From the IMG/VR virus record IMGVR_UViG_3300009537_000052: a stretch of DNA of 42,060 nucleotides. One strand, written 5' to 3'. Each line of letters starts with the position of its first letter. The stretch's first letter is position 1. The position numbers and the translations under genes are program-made. Below, piece after piece: positions 1 through 7,030 of the stretch. The notes beneath the pieces are model-generated. The model was not told the DNA's origin and made no database searches. It was given only the letters and a program-made list of their open reading frames with translations. This DNA comes from a virus.

Positions 1-99
1 AGCGGTTCTGCTCCTCGATCGCCGTCCGTCGCACCTCGATGAGGTTCTGGCGAATCGCCTCGACGCGCGCCGGGTCGATCAGGAACGGGAGGGGCTCGT
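1..99. repeat. Terminal overlap copy 1 (identical to 41962-42060)
   Basis: Compared base by base; 99/99 identical. It lies inside the tape-measure reading frame. Confidence 0.97.
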
Positions 100-1294
100 T
101 TCCCTTGTCCAGGGACGCGGCCCGGTCGAGCAGCCCCCTCACCACAGACTGGTCGATCGCCGGCGGAATCAGCTCGAGGCCCTGCCCCGCCTCCACCACC
201 CCCCAGAACCGCTCCATCCTGTCCGTCAGCGTGCTGACCGCCGTGCTCACGCCGTCGACCTGGCGCGCCGCGACCTCCGCCTGCTCGCCCAGGTCCTCGA
301 CCGGGCGGCCCCTGGCCGCCTCCCTGCCGAAGTCCTCGTACACCGAGGCGAGGTCGCCCATCTCCTGGGCCATCCCCCGCAGATGGGCGACCGCCTTGTC
401 GGTCGCGAACGGATTCAGGCTGGTGATCTTGGCCTGGACCTCGAGGAGCTGCTGGTACCCGCGCAGCACGGCGGCGATACCATCGTTGACGGCGCCGCGG
501 AGCTCGTCCCACCGCCGCGCGATCTCGCCAACGCGCTCTGCCAAGGCGCGCGTCACGGACGTGAGCGCCTCGCCGATGCCGCTGCGGAAGATCGCATCGG
601 ACAGCAGGGCGAACGAATCGCGCAGGTTCGACAGGGCGCCTTCGAGCGTCTTGCTTTGGCGCTCCATGCCCCCGGCGAAATCCGTCCTACCGATGTCCTC
701 GAGGTAGCTCACGATGGCGGCGGAGTCCTTCTGCACGGTCGTCGCTACGCCGCGGAAGGTGAATGTCACCTGTTCACCCTGCGTGCGCGCGACGACGCCG
801 AAGTCCTTGAGCCGCTCGAATTCCCCCGTCGCGGCGTCGGCAACGGCCTCCGCGAACTGCATCAAGCTTCGGCCGTTCGCGGAGGCGGTGTCGCCGAGCG
901 AGGTCAGCAGCCCGATGGTCGGGCGGAGCCCGACGGCCTGCAGCCGGGCGTGAGCCCGCACCACCTCCTGGAGCTCGAAGGGGGTGCGAGCGGCAAAGTC
1001 CGACAGGCGCTCGAAGACGGCCTCCGCCTTCCCCACGTCCCCGCCGGTCAGCGTCACGAGCTGCTGCCGCAGCTGCTGATACGCCGAGCCGAGCTGGACC
1101 ACCTCGCGCACCACGGCGCCCAGAGCGATCCCGCTGACGACATTCCGCAGCGCCCCCAGAGACACACCGACGCCACCGATCGCCTCTTTCGTCGATCGCG
1201 ACTCGACGCCCACCTCGCGCAGCTGGCGCTTGATCGTGCGCAGATCCGCGCCCGTCGCGTTCTGGATGTCGATGCGGATGTTGAAGCGGGGCAC
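1..1294 (-). CDS. Tail tape measure protein, N-terminal part (continues across the circular junction into 38903..41961)
   Basis: The minus frame is open from the GTG at 1294 to base 1. GAGG lies 8 nt upstream of that GTG, which sits 13 nt after the GT stop. It is the same frame as ORF 38903..41995 once 41962-42060 is laid over 1-99. My translation reads FNIRIDIQNATGADLRTIKRQLREVG...LSDFAARTPFELQEVVRAHARLQAVGLRP, a tape-measure core-like motif. The ORF track omits it because it runs off the window edge. Confidence 0.85.
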   Translation of the reverse strand, partial: MPRFNIRIDIQNATGADLRTIKRQLREVGVESRSTKEAIGGVGVSLGALRNVVSGIALGAVVREVVQLGSAYQQLRQQLVTLTGGDVGKAEAVFERLSDFAARTPFELQEVVRAHARLQAVGLRPTIGLLTSLGDTASANGRSLMQFAEAVADAATGEFERLKDFGVVARTQGEQVTFTFRGVATTVQKDSAAIVSYLEDIGRTDFAGGMERQSKTLEGALSNLRDSFALLSDAIFRSGIGEALTSVTRALAERVGEIARRWDELRGAVNDGIAAVLRGYQQLLEVQAKITSLNPFATDKAVAHLRGMAQEMGDLASVYEDFGREAARGRPVEDLGEQAEVAARQVDGVSTAVSTLTDRMERFWGVVEAGQGLELIPPAIDQSVVRGLLDRAASLDKGNEPLPFLIDPARVEAIRQNLIEVRRTAIEEQNR

Positions 1295-1307
1295 GGTCAG
1301 GGCCTCG

Positions 1308-2167
1308 TCAGCTGCGGCTCTTCGCCTCTCTGTCTTCGTCCCTCTCCTGCTGCCAGAGGCCTACCTCGTCGTCGAGGGCCGCCCACAGCTGGAGCATCGC
1401 GGCGCGGTGTCCAGGGTCTCGGTAGCCGTGCTCGTCGAGCCACGCATACTTCTCGCGCAGCGGGATGCCACCAGGCCCCCCGAGGCCTCCGGACTGACGG
1501 GTGAGCTGCTGGTACGCGCCGGCGACCGCCTGGGCCGGGGGGGCAAGCGACGGGGCGTCGGCGAGCTGACTCGGCGTTTCGCCCCGGTCCAGGCATTCGC
1601 GGATCGCTCGCCTCTGCAGTGCGGTCAGTCCGCCGAGGGCTCCAAGTTTCCAGGCGTACCAGCGCCGGAGTTTTTTTCCATCCCCCGAATCCCTCTGGAC
1701 CGGTACTCCTCGATCGCGCGAGACTCGCGGACGACCCAGTCGAACAGGCTCTCGCCGTCCTCGATGCCCCGGCGCGCCTCGAGCGCGAAGAGGTCGGCGG
1801 CCGTCTCTGGCGAGTACTCCACCTCCCCGTCCTTGCCGATCACCCACCCCTCCGGGGGCGTCTCGCCCAGATCGAGCTCGAGAGCCAGTCCCTCCCACCC
1901 GGCGAGGATGTGACGGGCCACGCCCTCGATGTCGGGCAGGAGCATCGCCGCCGCGCCAGCGGGCAGACGACGCAGTTCGACCGCGCCGCCAGCCTCCCCC
2001 CCCTCGGCGGCCTGTGCCTCGAGGGCCGGGAGGATCGCGTCCCAGCGGTTGGTCAACACGTGCCGCTGGTAGTCGTGGTTTCCCTCCCGCCGGATCAGAA
2101 AGCGGACAGGGCCGCGCTCCACCCAGCGCGAGTCCGCCAAACCGTCGTAGGCGATGTTCAGCCTCAC
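1308..2167 (-). CDS. Tail assembly chaperone GT (-1 frameshift fusion, about 286 aa)
   Basis: ORF 1308..1898 only becomes protein-like from ...KKLRRWYAWKLGALGG, exactly at the A7 run where the G frame reads GMEKNS. It ends 13 nt before the tape-measure start. Confidence 0.75.
1625..2167 (-). CDS. Tail assembly chaperone G (zero-frame product, 180 aa)
   Basis: The GTG at 2167 overlaps the stop of the upstream tail-tube gene (GTGA). The realistic part of ORF 1625..2707 begins VRLNIAYDGLADSRW. The gene sits between the tail tube and the tape measure. Confidence 0.8.
   Translation of the reverse strand: MRLNIAYDGLADSRWVERGPVRFLIRREGNHDYQRHVLTNRWDAILPALEAQAAEGGEAGGAVELRRLPAGAAAMLLPDIEGVARHILAGWEGLALELDLGETPPEGWVIGKDGEVEYSPETAADLFALEARRGIEDGESLFDWVVRESRAIEEYRSRGIRGMEKNSGAGTPGNLEPSAD
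1670..1676 (-). promoter_or_regulatory. -1 programmed ribosomal frameshift slippery heptamer A_AAA_AAC
   Basis: The minus strand reads ATG GAA AAA AAC TCC in the G frame and GGA AAA AAA CTC CGG in the -1 frame. A T7 run at 1671-1677 on the plus strand is unique in this GC-rich genome apart from the A8 at 16142. Confidence 0.8.
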
Positions 2168-2577
2168 GGAGTCTCGTCCCGCGTCACGTCGCCCGTGATC
2201 TCGTAGCTCAGCTGGGCCTCGGACGCCTGGGCGAGCGCTCCGAAGCTGTTCCACTGGGTCACGAAAGCCGAAAACGTGTAGCCCGGGTTGGTGGCCGAGA
2301 TCGCGCCGCTCGTCGGCTTGAGGATGAAGGTGACGGCCGCGCCGGCATCGAAGATCGCGTCGACGAGCGCGGCGACCTGCCCCGCGGCCCAGTCGTTCTT
2401 GAACGTGATGCTTCCGTTCCCGTCCTTCAGCGCCGCGCCCTTCTCTCGCGACCCGTCCCCCATGCACGACAGGTCGACGGTCTCTAGCCGGCGGGCGAGC
2501 CCCACGTTCGACACGTGGTCCGACAGGTCGTTCCCGTCGATTGTGACGCTGTAGTCGACGCCTACTACTTTGGACAT
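2164..2577 (-). CDS. Tail tube (major tail) protein paralogue, short form (137 aa)
   Basis: MSKVVGVDYSVTIDGNDLSDHVSNVGLARRLETVDLSCMGDGSREKGAALKDGNGSITF. Tail-tube-like pattern, immediately upstream of G/GT. Confidence 0.7.
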   Translation of the reverse strand: MSKVVGVDYSVTIDGNDLSDHVSNVGLARRLETVDLSCMGDGSREKGAALKDGNGSITFKNDWAAGQVAALVDAIFDAGAAVTFILKPTSGAISATNPGYTFSAFVTQWNSFGALAQASEAQLSYEITGDVTRDETP

Positions 2578-2598
2578 TTCTGAGTCTCCTTCTGGTCG

Positions 2599-3321
2599 TT
2601 ACCCGGCGGCGATACCCATCACCGCGAAGATCGTGGCGCTCGTCCCGACCAGGGTGTAATCGAGGCGCCAGTAGTCGTCGGTGATTGGGCCGGAGATCTC
2701 CAGCCACTCCGAGCCGACGTCCGTGAGCTGTGCGAAGCTGCCGCGAACAACAGCCGTCGTGAAGCCGGCGTTGTCGTCGGACTCCACGTTGATGTCCAGC
2801 GACGTCCCGTCGAAGGCGACACAGTGCAACGCGCAGTACGCCTTCTGCGCCGCCGACACCGCCCCCAGCTGCGCCCCCGCGCCATTGCCCGTCGCGACGA
2901 TCGCGGCGTTCTCCATCACCGTGCCCGGGACCAGCCGCCCGCTACCCTGCACGTTCAGGGTGAACGGCGCCATCTGGGCAAGCTGGCCGAAACGCGAAAC
3001 CTCAGCATGCAGGGCTCTCCCCGCATAGCCAATCGACCCGACGGGGGCCGCCGACACGCCGCCGAAGCTGACCGTCACCAAATTGCCGGCCGCCTGGTCG
3101 TCGTCCAGCTGGGCCTGCACCGTGGTCGTGTCGTAGTCGACGAAGCCCTGATAGCTCGCCGACCAGTCGTGCAGGGCGGACGCCTTCTCCCGAGAGCTGA
3201 CGCCAAACGTCGACGCATCGACGACCTCGAGGCGGCGCTGGAGCGCCGCGTTGTTCGTTTCGCTGTGTAGAGAGAACGCGCCCGCGTAGAGCCGGATGTT
3301 CTTGAGGACCTGCTTGCCCAT
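2599..3321 (-). CDS. Tail tube protein paralogue with about 100-aa C-terminal extension (240 aa)
   Basis: The N-terminal 130 aa align by eye with the 137-aa protein: RRLEVVDASTFGVSSREKASALHDWSASYQGF against RRLETVDLSCMGDGSREKGAALKDGNGSITF, and FGQLAQMAPF against FGALAQASEAQ. Confidence 0.7.
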   Translation of the reverse strand: MGKQVLKNIRLYAGAFSLHSETNNAALQRRLEVVDASTFGVSSREKASALHDWSASYQGFVDYDTTTVQAQLDDDQAAGNLVTVSFGGVSAAPVGSIGYAGRALHAEVSRFGQLAQMAPFTLNVQGSGRLVPGTVMENAAIVATGNGAGAQLGAVSAAQKAYCALHCVAFDGTSLDINVESDDNAGFTTAVVRGSFAQLTDVGSEWLEISGPITDDYWRLDYTLVGTSATIFAVMGIAAG

Positions 3322-3324
3322 TCG

Positions 3325-3600
3325 TCAGCCCTCCTTGCGCCGGGCCCTTGGCCTGCGCCGCTTCGGCTTCTCGCCCAGCTCCTGCGGCCCCTTCGCCGGC
3401 GGCGACTCCGCAGGGCCGGGCGATTCCTCCTCCGCCGGCGGCGTCTCCGCCGGGCCGGGCGATTCCTCCTCCGCCGGCGGGAACGCCGCCAGCCCGAGCT
3501 CGACCATGCGCGCGGCGCGCACTTCGTCGACGTCGACGACATCGCCGGCGAGGCGCTTTCCCCGTTCCTTCGAGAGCACCACCTGTACGAGCGTCGTCAT
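3325..3600 (-). CDS. Small protein with a beta-rich N-terminus, a Pro/Glu repeat linker and a poly-Arg/Lys C-terminal tail
   Basis: MTTLVQVVLSKERGKRLAGDVVDVDEVRAARMVELGLA...PPAEEESPGPAE x2...KPKRRRPRARRKEG. It is a paralogue of 6401..6634. Confidence 0.65.
   Translation of the reverse strand: MTTLVQVVLSKERGKRLAGDVVDVDEVRAARMVELGLAAFPPAEEESPGPAETPPAEEESPGPAESPPAKGPQELGEKPKRRRPRARRKEG
3394..3480. repeat. 39-bp tandem repeat, 2.2 copies (in frame, encodes PPAEEESPGPAE[T/S])
   Basis: Units 3394-3432 and 3433-3471 differ at 2 positions. A partial third copy (cgccggcgg) follows. Confidence 0.9.
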
Positions 3601-3610
3601 CAGCTCCTCC

Positions 3611-4108
3611 TCACTGCCCCGTGGCCGGGTCGCGCGTCTCGCTCCCGGCTGCGTTGTCCCGTGTCGACACGGCGCGCTCGTAGGCGTCGCGCCCCTGCTT
3701 GATGTCCTGCCGGAAGCGCTGCCACTGGTAGTAGTCCCACGTCTGCGCGCAGGACGGAGTCACCGTCGCCTCGTCGTCGAGCTCCTGCTGCGTGCAGGCT
3801 CCGACGCGCCGCCACGCAGCCGTGCACCGACGCGGCTGGGGCACCAGGTCCCCGACCGCGACGCATCCCTGCTGACCCTCCGCCACGTCGCCGGCGCTGC
3901 ACACCCTTACGCCCCCGAGGGCGATGCAGATCGCGTCGCGCACGCCCTGCAGGTCGCGGTCGTACGGGGTCCCCTCACCCTCGGGGTCCGCCGTGGTCAC
4001 CTCCGAGCGCCAGCCGAACTGCGTGAACCCCGGGCTTCCCGGGCCCACGAACACCTCGGCGGCCGCCGGGAATGCCACGAGCAGAAGAAGTGCGGCCGTG
4101 ATCCTCAT
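3611..4108 (-). CDS. Secreted cysteine-rich protein (165 aa) inside the head-tail module
   Basis: The ATG at 4108 overlaps the upstream stop (ATGA). MRITAALLLLVAFPAAAEVF is a classic Sec signal. The mature part contains six Cys. Confidence 0.75.
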   Translation of the reverse strand: MRITAALLLLVAFPAAAEVFVGPGSPGFTQFGWRSEVTTADPEGEGTPYDRDLQGVRDAICIALGGVRVCSAGDVAEGQQGCVAVGDLVPQPRRCTAAWRRVGACTQQELDDEATVTPSCAQTWDYYQWQRFRQDIKQGRDAYERAVSTRDNAAGSETRDPATGQ

Positions 4109-4533
4109 GCAGGCTCCTCCAGTCCGATGTAGGGACAGCTCACCTCGAAGCTCAGCCAGGCGCTGTCGTCGTCGCCTTCGGCAGGGCGCACCGTCGGCTC
4201 GAGAAACGTCAGCGAGCCGTCGGCCATGCTCAGAACTTGCCCGCGAAAGACGCCCGCGGCGTCGTCGGCGAGCTGACGCGCGTAGTCCTCCCCAGCGCCG
4301 CGCTCGACGTGCACGCCGAGCACGACATCGCCGAGCACCTCGTAGGAGCCGCCGAAGGTGATCGGGTTCGCGTCGGCGACCACGTCCTCGAAAGACAGCC
4401 ACGCCGCCGGCGATGCCGGGTCGCCGCTCGGCGCCGGCGGAGAGAACCTCCTCCGAGGCCACTCGATGCGCGTAGCGGTCCAGCTCGAGCGCAGCTGCGC
4501 GCGCATCGCGTTACCCCTGCCCTCAGACGACAT
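4105..4533 (-). CDS. Putative tail terminator / tail completion protein (assigned by position)
   Basis: It sits between the gp10-like protein and the tail-tube genes. The sequence is protein-like: ...ITFGGSYEVLGDVVLGVHVERGAGEDYARQLADD.... An alternative ATG at 4506 has AGGGG 7 nt upstream. Confidence 0.55.
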   Translation of the reverse strand: MSSEGRGNAMRAQLRSSWTATRIEWPRRRFSPPAPSGDPASPAAWLSFEDVVADANPITFGGSYEVLGDVVLGVHVERGAGEDYARQLADDAAGVFRGQVLSMADGSLTFLEPTVRPAEGDDDSAWLSFEVSCPYIGLEEPA

Positions 4534-4963
4534 CGCTCAAGCTCCTGCGCACACGGGCCCGGGCTGCGCGGACGGCCTTCTTCGCCATGTGAGCGGCAGG
4601 CTGCGGACCGAGGTTGCGCCCCCGCTTGTGTGGTCGGAGCTTTCCCTTGCCGGGCCGCTTCACCGTGCGACTCGAGCTCCCCTGCTCGACTACCGCGGCG
4701 TACGCGGCCGTGTTGACGACGGAGCTCGATTCCTCGGGGCGCAGGCCGGCCAGTGCGGCTTCGGCGGAGTCGGAGACGGTGCCACCCCGGACGCTCTTCC
4801 AGCTGTTTCGCAGATGCCCGCTCGCGACCGGCGTGCCTGCCTCGGCGAGCTCGCGCACGCTCACGTGCAGGCCGCGATGCGCCTCGACCACGAGCTCGTC
4901 GAGCTGGGGCTCGACGACGTCGTCGAGCCACCGGGCGAAGTCGCCGAGGTCGCCGCTAGGCAT
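4523..4963 (-). CDS. HK97 gp10-family head-tail joining protein
   Basis: The motif region ELAEAGTPVASGHLRNSWKSV matches the TG-x-LR-x-S signature of the family. Position fits. Confidence 0.75.
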   Translation of the reverse strand: MPSGDLGDFARWLDDVVEPQLDELVVEAHRGLHVSVRELAEAGTPVASGHLRNSWKSVRGGTVSDSAEAALAGLRPEESSSVVNTAAYAAVVEQGSSSRTVKRPGKGKLRPHKRGRNLGPQPAAHMAKKAVRAARARVRRSLSDVV

Positions 4964-5546
4964 CGGCCCTCCCGCAAGTCACGCGCCATCCGGCGACCGT
5001 CCCGCCGATCCGCGCGGGCTCGACGGCGCGCACGGGCAGCGCCTCGCCGTCCACGACGAGCGTGTCGTCGGTCGTCGGCCCGTAATCGACACCCTCAGCG
5101 GCGATCCAATGCACGACCGCCGCCTCGGCCGCGTCCTCGATCTGGCGACGCATCGGCTCCTCGGCGCCGATCACCGAGTAGTCGACAGTCGCCGCGACGG
5201 TAACGGCCGTGCCATCGTTCGCCGCATCTGTGAGCGCTGGCGTGAGCGGCACAGAGGCGAGGGTGTCCGCGGACGCCGCGACGAGCGCGGTGACCGTATA
5301 GGGCGCCGCGTGGCCGTCGATCGCGACGGTGATGCCCGCCACCAGGTGCCCGTCGACGGCCGCGGCGCGGAGGTCGATCGACGTCGCACCGGCAACGTGG
5401 TTGCCGTCAACGGCCAGTGCCGTCACCTCGTCGTCGCCCGCGCCCTCGACGAGGGCGTTCGCCCGGCGCAGCGTCGTGGCGGCGCCGCCGCTGAATCGAC
5501 GAGCCAGGCGCGACGCCGCGGCGCGGAACCGGAGAGCCGTGGTCAT
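4956..5546 (-). CDS. Putative head-tail adaptor / head closure protein (196 aa)
   Basis: The ATG at 5546 overlaps the upstream stop (ATGA). The upstream part of track ORF 4956..5960 is Arg/Gly noise. The call rests on position, plus a C-terminus (DDTLVVDGEALPVRAVEP) that resembles adaptor proteins. Confidence 0.55.
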   Translation of the reverse strand: MTTALRFRAAASRLARRFSGGAATTLRRANALVEGAGDDEVTALAVDGNHVAGATSIDLRAAAVDGHLVAGITVAIDGHAAPYTVTALVAASADTLASVPLTPALTDAANDGTAVTVAATVDYSVIGAEEPMRRQIEDAAEAAVVHWIAAEGVDYGPTTDDTLVVDGEALPVRAVEPARIGGTVAGWRVTCGRADA

Positions 5547-6397
5547 AGGTCTCCCGCGGCAAGCAGGGCCTTCGCGGCCGAGGGGATCGCCAGAGCGGGG
5601 GCGCCTCGGACCCCGGCGGAGTACCGCACCGCCATCGGGCCCCATCGCTCCTCGGTGACGCCGACCGGCACCTCGAGGCCGCCGAGCCACCACTGGCTGA
5701 CGCACAGGTAGGCCGCCTCCTCGAGGGCCTTCGGCCACTCCGTCGCCTCGCGCGCTGTCCATACGACGGTGCCATCCGTCACGGTCTCGCCCGCCGTCGC
5801 CGGCCACGCGGGCTCGGCCCCCCCACTCGTTCCGCCGGTCGTGCACTCGTAAAGGAGCCGGTTCGTCGAGGCGCTCGGGCGAGCGAAGGCGCCGGCTGCG
5901 TACTCCACACCGGTCGCCCAGTCGCCGACCTGGTCGGGCATCACGTAGCCCGCCGTGCACGTCACGTTGTAGGTCAGGGGCAAGAGCCCCGCCGCGCCGT
6001 TACCGGCGAACGCAGCGACGAGGCTGCGTGACCATCCGCTCGACCGATAGAGGATCTCGCGAGCACGCCCTCGCACTGCGTAGGTCGTCGCGTCGACGGC
6101 CGTTGGGCTGTCCCCTGTTCCCTCGGTGACCGAAGAGACCGACTCGATAGGCCACACCGGCAGGGGCAGCATGGTGCCCCCGAAGCCCGGCGTGCGGATG
6201 AGCACGGTCTGTCGCCACGGCTCACGCTTGAGCCCCGCCTCGCCGGCGATCACCACCGCGGCCACCTGGATCAGGGCGGACAGACGAGCGTCATCCGCCG
6301 CCCCCGAGATGCCGAGCTGGCTCTTGACGGTGGCGAGGGGCACGACCGTGCGGCTCGCCGGGCCGGTGACGACGTCGACGGTCCCGGGGTCGAGCAA
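5543..6397 (-). CDS. gp6-like head-tail connector protein with a large insertion (284 aa)
   Basis: The N-terminus LATVKSQLGISGAADDARLSALIQVAAVVIAGEAG matches the gp6-like connector pattern. An internal motif reads YECTTGGTSGGAEPAWPATAGETVTDGTVVWT. Confidence 0.7.
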   Translation of the reverse strand: MLDPGTVDVVTGPASRTVVPLATVKSQLGISGAADDARLSALIQVAAVVIAGEAGLKREPWRQTVLIRTPGFGGTMLPLPVWPIESVSSVTEGTGDSPTAVDATTYAVRGRAREILYRSSGWSRSLVAAFAGNGAAGLLPLTYNVTCTAGYVMPDQVGDWATGVEYAAGAFARPSASTNRLLYECTTGGTSGGAEPAWPATAGETVTDGTVVWTAREATEWPKALEEAAYLCVSQWWLGGLEVPVGVTEERWGPMAVRYSAGVRGAPALAIPSAAKALLAAGDL

Positions 6398-6400
6398 CGG

Positions 6401-6634
6401 CTACGCCTTTCTCGGCCGCCGGCGACGCCGGCGCTCCAGGCCCTCCGGCTCGGGCGCGTCGGCGACCTCGGCCGCCGGCGACGCCGGCGCCTCTGGGGGA
6501 CGCTGGAGGGCCGGCTCGGCGGCGTCCGCCGCGATCAGGGCCTTTGCCTCCTGTTCCTCGAGCTCGTAGATGTCCCCGGCCGTGCGGGGCCCGGAGGGAG
6601 AGGCGCCGCTGACGAGCGCTCGGATCCGAATCAC
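6401..6634 (-). CDS. Small protein with a Pro/Ala/Glu linker and a poly-Arg tail (77 aa), paralogue of 3325..3600
   Basis: The GTG at 6634 overlaps the upstream stop (GTGA). VIRIRALVSGASPSGPRTAGDIYELEEQEAKALIAADAAEP...GLERRRRRRPRKA. Confidence 0.6.
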   Translation of the reverse strand: MIRIRALVSGASPSGPRTAGDIYELEEQEAKALIAADAAEPALQRPPEAPASPAAEVADAPEPEGLERRRRRRPRKA

Positions 6635-7017
6635 CGCGCACCTCCGATCAGAAACGTGAACGCGGCGGTCTTCGTTACGCCGCCCTGGGCGACCACAATC
6701 TTCAGCCGCTCTTCCGCGGCCCACACGGGCTCGGCGACGACCTTCGCGTTGGTGACCTCGTAGGCGAGGCCAACGCCGTCGACGCCGTGGACCTGCGCGC
6801 GCGGGTAGATCACGCGATCGGTGGCGCCGATGTTGGTGAGGGTCGCGACCGTCTGGCCGGTCTTTTCCGTCGTGATCGTGACGTCGGCGCCGGCGGCGAA
6901 GTCGGTGTTGTCGTAGAGCACCGCGAGGATCGGGCCGCGGACGACCTCGCTGTACTCCTCCGCCGTCTGGTCGGCCGCGGTCGTGACCGTGACGGGATCC
7001 GTGCGCTCGCAGTACAC
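6631..7017 (-). CDS. Capsid-module protein of unknown function (128 aa, beta-rich)
   Basis: GTG start with a GGGGG run upstream. The composition is protein-like. It lies between the head genes and the connector. Confidence 0.6.
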   Translation of the reverse strand: MYCERTDPVTVTTAADQTAEEYSEVVRGPILAVLYDNTDFAAGADVTITTEKTGQTVATLTNIGATDRVIYPRAQVHGVDGVGLAYEVTNAKVVAEPVWAAEERLKIVVAQGGVTKTAAFTFLIGGAR

Positions 7018-7030
7018 CCCCAGCAGCCCC

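Noticed and set aside
1-99. The terminal repeat as a genuine phage direct terminal repeat, an LTR or the ends of an insertion element
   Set aside because: It is exactly 99 nt, perfectly identical, and lies in the middle of a continuous tape-measure reading frame. That fits an assembly overlap of a circular sequence.
3394-3480. Tandem repeats here and at 18035-18116 as a mini CRISPR array
   Set aside because: The repeats are contiguous with no spacers, they lie inside coding sequence, and no cas genes are present.
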